DNA of 64,000 nucleotides from NCBI RefSeq assembly GCF_009914755.1, contig NC_060930.1. The stretch is one strand, 5' to 3'. The notes under the pieces are model-generated. The model saw only the letters and a list, made by a program, of their open reading frames with translations, did no database searches and had not been told where the DNA came from. Below are positions 15,581 to 33,521 of this stretch, piece after piece (position 1 is the first letter of the stretch; each line of letters begins with the position of its first letter). The position numbers and the translations under genes are program-made. Source of the stretch: the human T2T-CHM13v2.0 reference genome, Homo sapiens.

Positions 15581-15778
15581 GTTTCTTGACTTTTTAATAA
15601 TTACCACTCTGACTGGCATGAGATGGTGTCTCATTGTGGTTTTGATTTGAATTTATCTAATGATCAATGATGTTGAGCTTTTTTTCATATGTTTCTTGGC
15701 CATGTGAATGTCTTCATCAGAGAGGTGTCTCTTCATGTCCCTTGCTCACTTTTTAATGGGGTTGTTTTTTTCTTGTAA

Positions 15779-16068
<290 letters not shown>

Positions 16069-18764
16069 TTGTAAATTTGTGTAAGTTCCTTGCAGACTCT
16101 GAATATTAGACCTTTGTCAGGGGGACCAATTGCAAAAATTTTCTCCTATTCTGTAGGGTGTCTGTTCATTCTGATGATAGTTTCTTTTGCTGTGCAAAAG
16201 CTCTTTAGTTTAATTATATCCCATTTGTCAATTTTTTATTTTGTTGCAATTGCCTTTGGTATTTTCATCATGAAATCTTTGCCCATGCCTACGTCCTGAA
16301 TGGTATTGCCTATATTTTCTTCTAAGGTTTTTATAATTTGGGGTTTTACATTTAAGTCCTCAATCCATCAGGTGTAAGAAAGAAGTCCAGTTTTAATTTT
16401 CTGCATATGGCTAGCCAGTTCTCCCAGCACCATTTATTAAATAGGGAATCATTTCCCCATTGCTTGTGTTTGTCAGGTTTGTTGAAGATCAGATAGTTTA
16501 GGTGTGCAGTCTTATTTCTGAGTTCTCTTTTCAGTTCCATTGGTCTATGTGTCTATTTTTGTACCATGCTGTTTTGGTTATGGTAGCCTTAGAGTATAGT
16601 TTAAAGTTGGGTAGCTTGATGCCTCCAGCTTTGTTGTTTGTGCTTAGGATTGTCTTGGCAATGTGGGCTTTTCATTTGGTTCCAGATGAATTTTAAAATC
16701 ATTTTCTCTAATTCTGTGAAAAGTATAAATGTTACATTTAACAGGAATAGCATGTAATCTATATATTACTTTGGGCAGTATGGCCATTTTCACAATATTG
16801 ATTCTCCCTATCCAAGAGCATGGAATATTTTTCTATTTATTTGTGTCCTCTCTGATTTCCTTGAGCAGTCATTTGTAGTTCTCCTTGAAGAGTTTCTTCA
16901 CTTACCTTGTTAGTGTATTCCTAAGTATTTTATTCTGTTTGTAGCAATTGTGAATGGGAGTTAATATACCTAACTTAAGACATTTTCTTAATGGATTTTA
17001 AATAGCATCAAATGATTTTTCTGCAATTGAGGAGGTTGACTCCTTTCTTTTATATTGTGTCACTGTGGCAAATCATATTTTTTAAAATATTAAATAAATC
17101 TTGCTCTCCCAGAATAAGCCCAACTTTGTTTTGCTATATTTATACAGTTGTTAATAAAACATGTATACAGTTGTAACAAAGTGGTTTACAATGTTTTTAC
17201 AGTACAATGTTATTTCAATAAGTGAGATTGGTTGGTACTTTTTCTTTCTTTTGTAGTGTCAAGTTTATTATGGCCTTTTTAAATGAATTGTTCTGCATTT
17301 TCTCTTTTTCTATTGTATGGGAGTGTTTGAATAAGATTGGCATATGTCACCTGGAATTTGAGAAATCCATAGTGAATGGTGTCATCTTCTTAATGGTGTC
17401 ATCTTAATATTGTTTAATACATGTAGGTAGAATATGCTAATACAATTTTTGAGTTGGAGATTTATTTTTAAGAGCAGGTTTTCAATTATGAATTTATTTT
17501 AAAATTATATTTTGTTACGGTAGGAACAAAATATGAAATCTATACTTCTGAAAATATTAAGTGTACAATACATTACGACTGACTATAGTCTTTAATTGTT
17601 CACTCTTTAAGAAAGGATTCTTAAAGAAATCGTTTCTTTCTTAAAGACTTTTTTTAGATAAATTGTTCAATCTTTAAGAAAGATAATTTTTTGAGATGCG
17701 TGTTTATATCATTGATATTCAGCTATTTTCTTTACTATCATATATTTTAAAACTACAGCTTCTCTAGCCACAATTTTAAATAGATGAGAATTGTAAATTG
17801 GGAATCATCATATTTTAATGATGAATTGACAGATTTAAAATTATGAAATATCTATCTCTGTTTGACAACATGTATTATATCTGATGTTTATATAGATACA
17901 ACAGTTGCATCCTTTCACCTTTAATCTTACTGTGTCTTAGAGTTTTTTTCTCTTGTCAATACTATATGATTAGATATTGTTCTTTCTATCAATAACATTG
18001 TTTGCACTTCACTGCTTATCTTTCCATTTTAAAAATCCTCCCCAGGTAAGAAGATGACACCACTCACTATGATTTCTCAAATTTCAGGTGACACATGCCA
18101 AACCTTGTGAACAGATTTCCTACTATAGTAACAATGTGGATGTTTGTGATTCTACAGTTCACTAAGCAGCCATCTGGAGAGTGAAATACTAGTCTACCAT
18201 ATGCCTATATAACACCATGTTCTACAGATGGCATTTATTTTGTCCCCTCTTTCTCTTTACTGGTGAGTTAGTACTGGGGAAGAAGAGACACCACAATTCA
18301 CTAAAATAAGTTGAAAATCTATACTAGAAATTAGTTATCTCTCATAATGCCTAATCTGATGAAGTGGAGGGCTAAGTCAAAGGACTACCATGGTCACCAA
18401 TTGCTAATCTCTGGATGGAGTATTTGGCAACTCTTTTGTATTGTCCTTAGAACCTGAGCCTTAGCATTAATTATCTATAGTTTTAGAACTACAGCCAAAA
18501 TCCCAATACAATATGAATTACCTATGTAAATAATATTTTATGATTCATTAATTTTACTATTTTTAAAAAAAGTCATCAAATTATTTTCTAGTTCATATTT
18601 GTTGCAACGTCAATTTCTGGACTTATGAAGGTTTATTCTTTTATTTTTTCCTGCATTTTTCACTTTCTTATGTAATAGTTCTTCAATCTTTCTTAATATT
18701 GACATATAATACCAATATTCAACCATTAGCTGGGCCAGAAATCTATACTTCCTTCAGTTAGGCA

Positions 18765-19368
18765 TCTCATTTCTCAAATCTCAAATTCAATGTATCAGTA
18801 GATTCTGTTGGATCAACCTCGCCAATATATGTTCTGCCTCTCTCCTTCTTTCTCTGTCCTCTTTTACCACCTGTATCCAAGCCCGTATCATTTCTGTTTG
18901 GGCTTACTTTAAAGACCCCCTAATTGCCTCACTAAATTTAGCCTCAGCAAACTGATGGTGTATTCATCACATAGGAGCAGAATACAAGAATACGTGTTAT
19001 AAAACATGAATATTATCAACAACTAGTTTGCTTAATGTAATTAACCACTTCTCACTTCCTTTAGGACAGAACCTAAATGTCTGGCCATAGCTTATAAAAC
19101 CAGGCATTATTTAGCATTGACATGGCTTCCTAACCTAATTTCATGCCATCTCTCTCCTCACTGTCTCTACTGTAGTTGCAACAACTCTCTTAGATGAATA
19201 CAGGCTTATTTCTTTCTCTTGCTCTTTTCTCTACCTAGAGCATTATCCCTATGGCTCTTCACATAGAGCATTATCCCTATGTCTCTTCGCATAGTTGAGT
19301 CATTCTCATCTCATCAGGCACATAGTTAAAAGGCCCCTTTTAGAGAGCCTATCCCTAACTACTCTAGA
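18765..19368 (+). mobile_element. LINE-2 remnant (downstream part)
   Basis: atccaagcccgtatcatttct..; aggccccttttagagagcctatccctaactact is typical of the L2a 3' region. Confidence 0.7.
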
Positions 19369-19401
<33 letters not shown>

Positions 19402-19587
19402 GTGTCTATCTATAGATAGGTAGATTAGATAGATAGATACATTATATAATCTATTTATATCTATAAATACAAATATTTCTCTATATTTATATTATATAAA
19501 TGTAATCTATCTATCTATCTATAGACAGAGATTATCTATCATAGATTATAACCAAAATCCTACCAACATTGGGCCAAAGCCATATTT

Positions 19588-20486
19588 TATGTGTGTGTAT
19601 ATATATATATATATACACATATATATATACACGTATATATATATACGTATATATATATACATGTATATATATGTGTATATATGTATATATGTGTATATAT
19701 GTATATATGTGTATATATGTATATATGTATAATGTATATATGTATATATGTATATATGTATATGTGTATATATATGTATATGTGTATATATGTATATGTG
19801 TATATATGTATATATATGTGTATATATGTATATATGTGTATATATGTATATATGTGTATATGTGTATATATGTGTATATGTGTATATATGTGTGTATATA
19901 TGTATATATGTGTATATATGTATATATATGTGTATATGTGTATATATGTATATGTGTATATGTGTATATGTGTATATGTGTATATATGTGTATATATGTA
20001 TATATATGTGTATATATGTATATATATGTGTATATATGTGTATATATATGTGTATATATGTGTATATGTATGTGTATATATGTGTATATATATGTATATA
20101 TGTGTATATGTGTGTATATATGTATATGTGTGTGTATATATGTATATGTGTGTATATATGTATATATATGTATATATGTATATGTGTATATATGTGTATA
20201 TATGTGTATATATGTATATATGTGTATATATGTATATATGTGTATATATGTATATGTGTATATATATGTATATATGTGTGTATATATGTATATATGTATA
20301 TATGTATATATGTATATATGTGTATATGTGTATATATGTATATATGTATATATATGTATATATATGTATATATATGTGTATATGTGTATATATATGTATA
20401 TATATGTATATATATGTGTATATATGTATATATATGTGTGTATATATGTATGTATATATATATGTGTATATATATATACATACATA
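19588..20486. repeat. ~0.9-kb compound (TA)n/(TG)n microsatellite
   Basis: Read directly. Confidence 0.98.
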
Positions 20487-20555
20487 GACTGGCCAACACC
20501 AGACTGGCCAAAATGGTGAAACCCCGTCTCTACTAAAAATACAAAAAAAAAAAAA
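20486..20555 (+). mobile_element. Short internal Alu fragment (left-arm end plus A-rich linker)
   Basis: ccagactggccaaaatggtgaaaccccgtctctactaaaaatacaaaaa. Confidence 0.85.
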
Positions 20556-20676
20556 TACATATATATATAATAAAAAAATGTGAGTATGTATATCACTATT
20601 ATCAGAAATTATGGTGCCTTCTTTATTTATTTGCTACCAATTTACATAATAGGCTTTCAATCTAATATGAAGCCAC

Positions 20677-21096
20677 TGTTATAGTTTGACTATCTCCTCC
20701 AAAACTTATGCGGAAATTTAACCCACAAGGTAACATTATTGAAAGGTGGACCTTTAAGATGTTATTGAATCATGGATTAATCTATTCATGCATCAGTTAT
20801 TTAACAGGTTAATGGATGAATGGGTTATCATGGAAGTGGGACATTGATGTCTTTATAAGAAGAGGGAGAGAGAACTGAGCTAGTACTTTAGCATGCTCAG
20901 CCCCCTCTCCATGTGATACTGTGTGCCGCCTCAGGATTTTGCTTGGAGTCCCCATCAGCAAGAGGGCTCTCATCAGATGCTACGCCTCAACCTTGTACTT
21001 TTCAGCCACTACAACAGTAAGAAATGCACTCCTTTACTATATGAATTACCCAGTTTCATGTATTTTGTTATAAGCAACAGAACATTGATTAAGATA
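20677..21096 (+). mobile_element. MSTC solo LTR (ERVL-MaLR)
   Basis: tgttatagtttg..ctgagctagtactttagcatgctcagccccct..ttaagata; 5-bp TSD gccac on both sides. Confidence 0.88.
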
Positions 21097-21119
21097 GCCA
21101 CACAAGTATAATTTTCTGC

Positions 21120-21260
21120 ATTTGTTTAGCTATTTGAGTTACCAGTTTCCTGATTTACAAATCAAGAAGGTTAAGACTTACCTCTCATTCACACTGTGAT
21201 GACAAAAACAGGTCATTATTGAGTAAATCCTTAGCCAATGATTAATGTATGAGAAAGCAC
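21120..21260 (+). mobile_element. MIR fragment
   Basis: ccagtttcctgatttacaaa resembles the MIR core. Confidence 0.45.
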
Positions 21261-22106
21261 AGTAAATATAACTTCCTTTCCTATCATGTATATGTTCCAA
21301 AAAGTATATATACTTTTTAAAAACATTAAAACAAAACCAAAAACAATAAACTGTTGGTGAGCATTATTTCTTGCCTTTACTTAAATGGAGAAATGATAAT
21401 TCTGATTTTCACCAAGAAATTCTTGTTTGACTTGCTGTTCAGGTAGGCAGATTTTAATTGAATATGTTACAAGAAGCTCATATTAAGTAATATTTTAAAA
21501 TCTATGCTGATTGAATTTTTATTATATAGCTCTTAAATATGAAAATACGTAATATCTTTATTTTTCAGAAAAGTGATGACATAAAGACTAGGTTTTGTAA
21601 TGCTTCATTTCCTTTTCTGATTTTAACTATATATACTATGGCCCATGTAAATAAGCATTAGATGGTATTAATGGCTGTGTGTGTGTATGCATGTGTGTGT
21701 GTGTATGAATGTAGTATCATGAACTGAATATGAATTCCCAAATTTTAAATGTTGAAACCTGACACCTAATATGATGGCATTAAAAAGAGGAAGGGGAGCC
21801 TTTGGGAGATGTTTAGGTCATGATAATAGAGAATTTGTGAATGTGATTAGTGCCCTTATAAAGGAGACCCCAGAGACCTCCCTCACTCCTTCTACCATAT
21901 AAGGACACAGCAAGAAGGCCCAGTTTGTAAGCCAGAAAGTGAGCCTTCATCAAACACGAAATCTGTCAGTGCCTTTATCTTGGACTTTGAAGTTCCAAAA
22001 TGGTTAGAAATAAATTTTTGTTGTTTCTAAGCTATTTAGTTTATGACATATTTTTCTATCATACTTTTTTGGCTTAGAAAATGCTGCTGTGTCTGCCTAG
22101 AAGATA

Positions 22107-23124
<1,018 letters not shown>

Positions 23125-23908
23125 TGTTATAGCAGCCCCAGCATACTAAGGTATATGTATACCATCACTATATATATAATATATATTTTATATATATATA
23201 TATCTTTGAATATAATTATCTACTATCACTGAAATATATTGAATTATTACTCCTTTGATCTTTCAATCAAAGTTGATGACATAGTAGTCCAGACAGGGGG
23301 AGGGAATCACTTGAAGATATTGTCCTATAAGCAAATATATACGAAAACCACAAAATGAAACAATTTAAACTTAGTGATATTTTTCAGAGGAAAGATGTCA
23401 TAAATTTTAGTGTATCTTTTACAAATTTGAATGCTGATTAAATCCTAATTTCTACCCAGTGGGACATTCTAATAAAGTCAGCACTCAGGAAAATTTATTA
23501 ATAAGATAAGCCAACTGAGGGTTAAGTAAAATTATTTAAGTTGCTATATCGGGGAAAAGCTGTATACATTTTATATATCATTTGAGGTAAGGATTCTTTA
23601 TCATTTTACTTTGTCCATGCTTTTATCATAAAAAATATATTTATTGTATTAAGATTATCTATGTACCATGATGGATGTTTGTCAGTTTACTTCTAAATAA
23701 GAAAATACTTTAAATCATATATAGTAATAAGAGAAAAATTATATTGACTAATTTTCAATATAAGAGGTTATATGGCTTGATAAAATTACTAAACATTTAA
23801 AAGTATATATTTCAGTGTCATTTTTAAATATGTTTTCTACCTACCTGTACACATCTATCTGCGAAAATCATAATTTCAGCACTACCTTCTGCATCCGAGG
23901 TGATAACA

Positions 23909-24008
23909 TCTCTTGAGCCCAGGAGTTTGAGATTGCAGTGATCTAAGATTGCACCACTGCACTCCAGCCTGGGTGACAGAGAAAGATCCTGTCTCACAAT
24001 AAAACCAA
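23909..24008 (+). mobile_element. AluJ/monomer 3' fragment
   Basis: cttgagcccaggagtttgagattgcagtg..ccagcctgggtgacagag. Confidence 0.85.
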
Positions 24009-24049
24009 AACCTACAACAAAAATCTAAATATATCTATTTTCTAACACT

Positions 24050-24248
24050 TACTAACAATTATTGAAATTTAGCTAACACTGACTTGCCAAACATTGTTCT
24101 AAAAATTTCATAAGTAACTCATTTAATACTTACATAAATACAATGAAGTAAAAATTATTGAGGTCCGATTTTAGAGGTGAAGAAGTAAGTGGTAGAGTCA
24201 GAATTTAATCTGAAGGGATTGGCTTCAGGTTTCATGCTCCTAACAACT
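24050..24248 (-). mobile_element. MIR
   Basis: aactcatttaatacttac..attttagaggtgaagaa..taagtggtagagtcagaatttaa. Confidence 0.65.
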
Positions 24249-24650
24249 TCTTGTTAACTGCTACAAAGAAGTTCCTCAATATACATATATACATGTATAT
24301 ACACACTAATATGTATATTCAGTAACTTAGTAGTTATTCAATATGTTTATTTCATAAACATAATGTATACGTGCATGTATGAATGTATGTATGTGTATGC
24401 ATGCGTGCTTTTTCTGTGTGCATACATATATTAATATTACATATATATGTGTGTGTGCATGTGTGCATTTCTCCAAGTGACATCCTCTGTATATTATATT
24501 TAAATTTCTGCCTGCCTTGTAATAAAATATAAATTAATCTATGTTAATATAAGTTGAATAAGCTACAATCAATTTACTATATTTCACTCCTCATGATCTT
24601 AAAAATGCCCAAATAATTCATTCCTAAGTATATGTAAAAGATTATACTAT

Positions 24651-27007
<2,357 letters not shown>

Positions 27008-27207
27008 AAAAGATTATTCTATCTTCTGAGTTTTGCTCTGTTACTAACACTCAAGAAATATTTTATAGTAAAAAGATTATTTACATAATAATGTTTTTAT
27101 TTGGGAAAAAGAATAGGGTATTTCAGTCAACAAATATCTTATTTTTACACTTAAATATCAAGATTTTTTACTCATTTAAGCCTATCTTTTCTGGACTCAG
27201 AATTCTA

Positions 27208-27498
27208 TAGCTGTCCCTCTGTATCAACAGGTTCCACATTCAGAGATTCAACCAACTGTGAATTGAAAATATCTGGGGAAAAAACATGATAAAAAGAAAT
27301 ACAAATACAAAAGCAATACAGTAACAACTATTTACAGAGCATTCCCATTGTATTAGGTATTATAAATAACATAGAGTTCATTTAAAGTAGGTGGGAGGAT
27401 ATATATAGGTTATGTGCTAATACTGTATCATTTTATATGAGACTTGAGCATGCATTAAATTTGGCATCTGTAGGGGGGTTCTGGATGACTCTACTCTG
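27208..27498 (-). mobile_element. MER2/MER2B (TcMar-Tigger)
   Basis: gtccctctgtatc..gattcaaccaactgtg..ttgtattaggtattataaataac. Confidence 0.85.
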
Positions 27499-27862
27499 TA
27501 TTTCTATATAAAATAGTGAAGTTTGTATTATATGTTTTATTTCTACTGAATAAGTAACATATTATGTAAATCTGAACCAATGTTTTTTACTCAATTAAAT
27601 AATAAAAACTCATATTTATTCTTCATTAGGAAAAAAAATAAATGAAAAATGATTCAACCCAAATTATATGAGCAGAATACTTCACTAATTTTTTACATAT
27701 GAATTTTAAGAGTTCGACAAAGAAAGAGATGGAGGTAAAAAAGGGAACTAGAAATCCCAACACCAGGACAAACCCAGAGTGTAATAAAGGCAAAAAACAA
27801 AACAAAATGAAACACCACCATACTGTTTCTAACAAGGCAAACTTTCTCATTTTCAGTTATTA

Positions 27863-28277
<415 letters not shown>

Positions 28278-28660
28278 GAGGTTATAATGGTTTTTATCTT
28301 GCAGAATTATTGTGACATTAAGTTAAATAATATGCTAAGAAATCTCAATCCCTGTTGTAGGGTGAAAACAAAATAAATGTTAATTTTATTTCATTTTCCT
28401 TTATACAAATGAAGAGTTTGAAAGTCTGGATAACATTTCTGTTAGATGCTGTAACACTTGGGATTTGGAAAACACATTGCTCCAGATTATAGTTTAGGCC
28501 TCTTTGCCTTAGAAATAAGATGTTCTATAGTTTAACACAGAGGCAGAAAAAATTCGAATATATACATAAAAAAGAACTTGTGCTTAATATGTTTGGTGAA
28601 TTATTTAACTGCCAAGATTGCAATATTGCTCCATTCAACAAGTAAAAAGAACAGAAAGTG

Positions 28661-29039
<379 letters not shown>

Positions 29040-30869
29040 TCAGAGTGACTTATTAACTCTTAGCTAATACAAAGAAGCAAAGCCACACAAAGCAAAATAA
29101 ATCCTGTGAAACATTCCCATGTTTAGATTTTTAGATGTTTTACAGATATTATGTACGCATTTTACAGATACTATGTATACATTTTACATAATACCTGTAA
29201 AAAGGATTAAGTAGAGTATATTTACTGGAATAATCAAGGAACAACTATTACAAATAATGTAAACTACTCGAAATGTCCTATAATATCTCAAAAAAGGAGA
29301 CAGGATTGTATAATTTTCAAGTATTTTCCATAGATGCTACTATTGATAATAAATATACTAAACATATGAAAACATGGGCCATGCTTAATTTTTTTACTTC
29401 TTAAAATCATTGAATAATGATTTTTTATATGTGTCGGGAATTTAGAAGACTTCCATTAAAGTTAATTTCAATAATATTAGTTTATTATTTCCATATTTTA
29501 AGAGAAACTAATTATGTGACCTAAGGTAATAAAAAAGTTTCAAAATTAGATTTATTTTCCATCTGTATGATAGATGCTGAGTCTATTTAACAGTATTTAA
29601 TGACTAACTGTGATTAAATTTGCAATTTTGATAGAAACTATGTAGAAACTAGCAAAAATAATGAACATGGAAGCATGTGATATGCATCTTAAATTTCTCA
29701 ATGCAATTTATAGAAGTTGTATTGAAGTACATAGAAATAATTTTATAATGAAAACAAAAAATTGAATAAGAAACACAGAAATTTTCAGAGATTTTCTTTA
29801 GCTGTTTGATAGTTTGCATTTGCAGTCTGTGCTGTCATTTGTCAAAGCACCTAAATATACTGAGAAACGTTATAGACTTAATATTTTTAATTTATATAGG
29901 AAACTGAAGACCACGTAAAAATATTTTAATAGTAGTAAAGTATTACTAATCCTCAGTGTATATTAATTAAAATAAAGTTAAATTTTTATTAATAATTCTA
30001 TCTTCTTTTATATTGCTACTCATAGTGTAATAATTACTATATAATAATGTTTACACTGAATAATTACTGTTATGTTTACAATATTTAGTTCAGATAATTT
30101 GAACTAAAATTAGAGTGATGATATTAAGACTGAATTTATATATTACATATGTATGTAAAGTGTGTGTGCAGTACATATGGATAGCTAATTAGAAAGATCA
30201 ACAGTAATAGATATTCAGGTAAATAGAATTGATGGGGTGGTACAAAAGTAGGCAAATAAATGTATTGTAGATCCCAGTTAATGTTAGAGCTGAGGAATTC
30301 AAATGATTGAAACCCATGATTTTTCAAATAAGAACACTGAAGTCCAGAAACATAAAGTAACATCTCCAAGATCATGGAAATGAAATTAATATTACATTAA
30401 TAAAATAAATATACAAATTTTTTTAAATTACAAAAATTTTTATTAACTGAATCCTCTAAAATAGTTTAGAAACATCCTCTGAGATATCCCCAACTGAAAA
30501 AGAACTAAAATTAAGGAGTACAGGTTTTTGGCAAAATGATAAAAACAAATTTTATGGCTTGTCTTTATCGCTTGGCGAGTATACCATAAGGAAATTTTCC
30601 AATACATGTTTTGAATAATTTGTATTTGCCATAAAAATATGTATTTTTTATTCAGGAATAAAAAATCTGGAATATGAACTTTAAATATTTATAAATATAT
30701 GTTTTGTCTAGATGTTTTAGTATAAATTAACAAATATCTTATGCAATAATAGTTATTTTAAACACCATAACCAAATATGTCCATATAATCAGAGCTATTT
30801 GTCATGTGCACTAAATATGTTCATGTTCAGATTTTACAAAGAGAAACTCAAAATCATAATTTGCTCTAT

Positions 30870-31620
30870 ATGAGATATAGAGTTTAAAGAGTCTAATTGA
30901 TGTCTAAGTGGCATTCAGAAAAGGAGAGAAATAAAATGGGACCTAGACAATATTTGAAGAGATAATGAATGGGATTTCTTTCTCAAAAATGATGAAAGAA
31001 GTCAAACTAGATTCAAGAAGCTTTATAAACCTCAAGCAAGATAAATGACTACAAAGCTTACCTACCCTTTTGATAACGATACAGCTAGAAATAAAGATAT
31101 AATCAAATTTCTATAAATATTCCAATATCCCCACCCTGAAAACTGAGTTCTCAAAAGGAATAATATAGGCCAGGAGACAATGGAATATCTTCATAACACT
31201 GTCAAAATATAACTGCCAATTTACAATTATATATGTAGGAAAGATAACTTTCAAAATATAAAAAATTTTTAGACAAAAGTATTAAAAGTGTATTACCCAG
31301 AGAATTCTGTAAAATAAACATTAAAGAGTATTTTACGGGGAGAAGGAAAATTTTATGAGGTGGAAATTCTGAGATGCAGGAGAAAATGAAGAAAAATTGA
31401 AAGAATAAATATGGAAGTATTTCTATAAAGTAATACCTATAATGTCTTGATGGGTTTGTAATAAATAATCAAAATATATAGTAAAAATTATATATAAATT
31501 GGAGTGATATCAATGAAGTAAAATGTTATAAATTCCTGAGTTGTCCATGAATAAATAAAAGTAGCAGTTAACGTTAGATTTTAACATACTATTTTTATTT
31601 AAACTTGATAATTAAAAAAA
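30870..31620 (+). mobile_element. Old L1M/HAL1-type ORF1-region remnant
   Basis: caatatttgaagagataatg..agattcaagaagct..agacaatggaatatcttc..aactgccaatttacaattatat. Confidence 0.65.
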
Positions 31621-32279
31621 GATGTGTAAGGCTGTGTCCTGTCATTAAGACAAACAACCTGTGTAGGAAATATAAAGTGAAGAATTAATCTATTTTTCCC
31701 ATAAGGAGTTAGACTGAACTGGTTGGAAGTTCTTAACTACCACAGGTATATATTTGCATGCATGCATTACCTCTTTCATAATCTAATATACAGAGACTTT
31801 TAAAAATACATTAAAAAGAATAGCCAGTGTTGATGTGAACTTTAGAAATGTAAATGATTATTATCCAGATACCAAAGCCTCAAATGATAAAGTATTTGTA
31901 AACTATGCAAATAATGAACTAGGCTAGATAGCATAGCCAATTAACATAAGCTGAAAAAAGACTGTTTTAGAAGAATTAAAATGTAATTATATGAATTTCA
32001 CAATGTAGATCAAGGAAAATAACCATTGCGTCCAGGCCAATTGATACTTTGGGTATTGAACAATTCTGAACAATAACCGTGGTATTCTTGGGGGAAGACA
32101 GAAGACTTTCAACCTAAGGCAAAAGTGAAAATATAACATTTTATGAATACATTAAAGATATATGAAAATGTATTTACATTAATTACAGGACTCCACAAAG
32201 CATTGTGGGAAAAGTTGAGAGTGGAGGAAGTGAGAAATTCTTGGCAGAGTAGGAAAGTACTATGACACCACTAAGTACA

Positions 32280-32283
<4 letters not shown>

Positions 32284-32325
<42 letters not shown>

Positions 32326-32348
32326 AATATATATATATATATATATAT
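32284..32348. repeat. (CT)n(AT)n microsatellite
   Basis: Read directly. Confidence 0.95.
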
Positions 32349-32739
32349 TTTTTCCCCCAGTGGGCTTTGATTTTGGAAGATTGGAGATAAAAGCATATAT
32401 CCTGTAGATTGTGATGAATATGGATTAAATCCTCCTGTACCATCAAAGTCCCTGTGAGGCTAGCCGAGCTACAGGAAAACATTGGTGAATGACTGATCTG
32501 CTTCTTCAGGGATGCCTGTCCTCTTGGCTGGGGGTGAAATTTACTATTTCAGAATAAGTTCATCAATTTACAGAATTAATAGTGGGACACAATAGATTGA
32601 AAACATCTGTAATGGCTAACATATGAAACTATATTAATAAAGCTAGTTGTAGACTTTGTTTTTTAGTTAAACCAAAAGCCATCTTGCAACCTTTCCCAAT
32701 CCTCTCAAGTTCTTCTACCTAGCTAAAGCGATTTATCTC

Positions 32740-33050
32740 TATTTATCAGAAACTGCTTAATTTCTGGGGAAATAATTCCAGCACCTGGCCTAGGGCTGTC
32801 CAGTTCTTGCCAATAAAATGTTAGGGAATGTTTTCTTGAATTCTTCTGTACAAACATTTCCAGCCTAATACAAATAAGGTACAGGAGAAATTCTCTTTCA
32901 CATATCACACTGTTTTCTGCTATAGAAATGTAATAATTAGAGCTGCTGTAGCCATCTTTCATCCACGAGTGGAAGACCAAAAGGAACACACTGATGTTGA
33001 CCATGATGCTGTAATAAATAACTGGCATTGCTAATCTGCCAAATAAGTAC
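32740..33050. mobile_element. Old ERVL/MaLR LTR remnant (LTR33/MLT1J-like)
   Basis: ccagttcttgccaataaaatgttagggaa..agagctgctgtagccatcttt. Confidence 0.5.
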
Positions 33051-33129
33051 TGGAAACTGCTTATTGATTCTGCCATTAAACCAAGATAAGAGAGACTTCT
33101 TGTCTCAATCCTATGATTTAGGTGGACTT

Positions 33130-33521
33130 CACTCTGACCTTTCTCAGGACAGCCCCCTAACCCCATAAAAATCCCACAGTTTTTTTGTTCGTTTGTTCTT
33201 TCAGTGGTGTTTAGCTAGAGTAGAATTGTTATTGTCTAAAAGTTTATTGGCTTGCTACGTTGCTCTGTTCCATGTTCCTTGGCTAGAAAGAGCAGACTTT
33301 TGTTGTAATTTTTTTTTTCACTACCAGCTGATATTTCTAGGTTGCATGCTTCTTTAGCCCCAAGTTTGGGATATATAAGACAGAAAGCCAAGGAAATTCA
33401 CTGCCATGTTGTTCTTTGTGTCCTAATATTTCTTGAGGGTATGCATTCCTCTCACCATTTTTCAGACTCATCTAGTATTTGTTTTACATTTAATATTCAC
33501 AGGTTTTATTTGTACTTAGCA
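33130..33521 (-). mobile_element. Old L1M (L1MD/L1M4-type) 5' end remnant
   Basis: gttattgtctaaaagttt..ttggctagaaagagcagacttttgttg..ccaagtttgggatatata..ttgtacttagc. Confidence 0.6.

Noticed and set aside
19532-20596. ORFs of 262-354 aa on both strands
   Set aside because: RY alternation cannot form stop codons; artefact.
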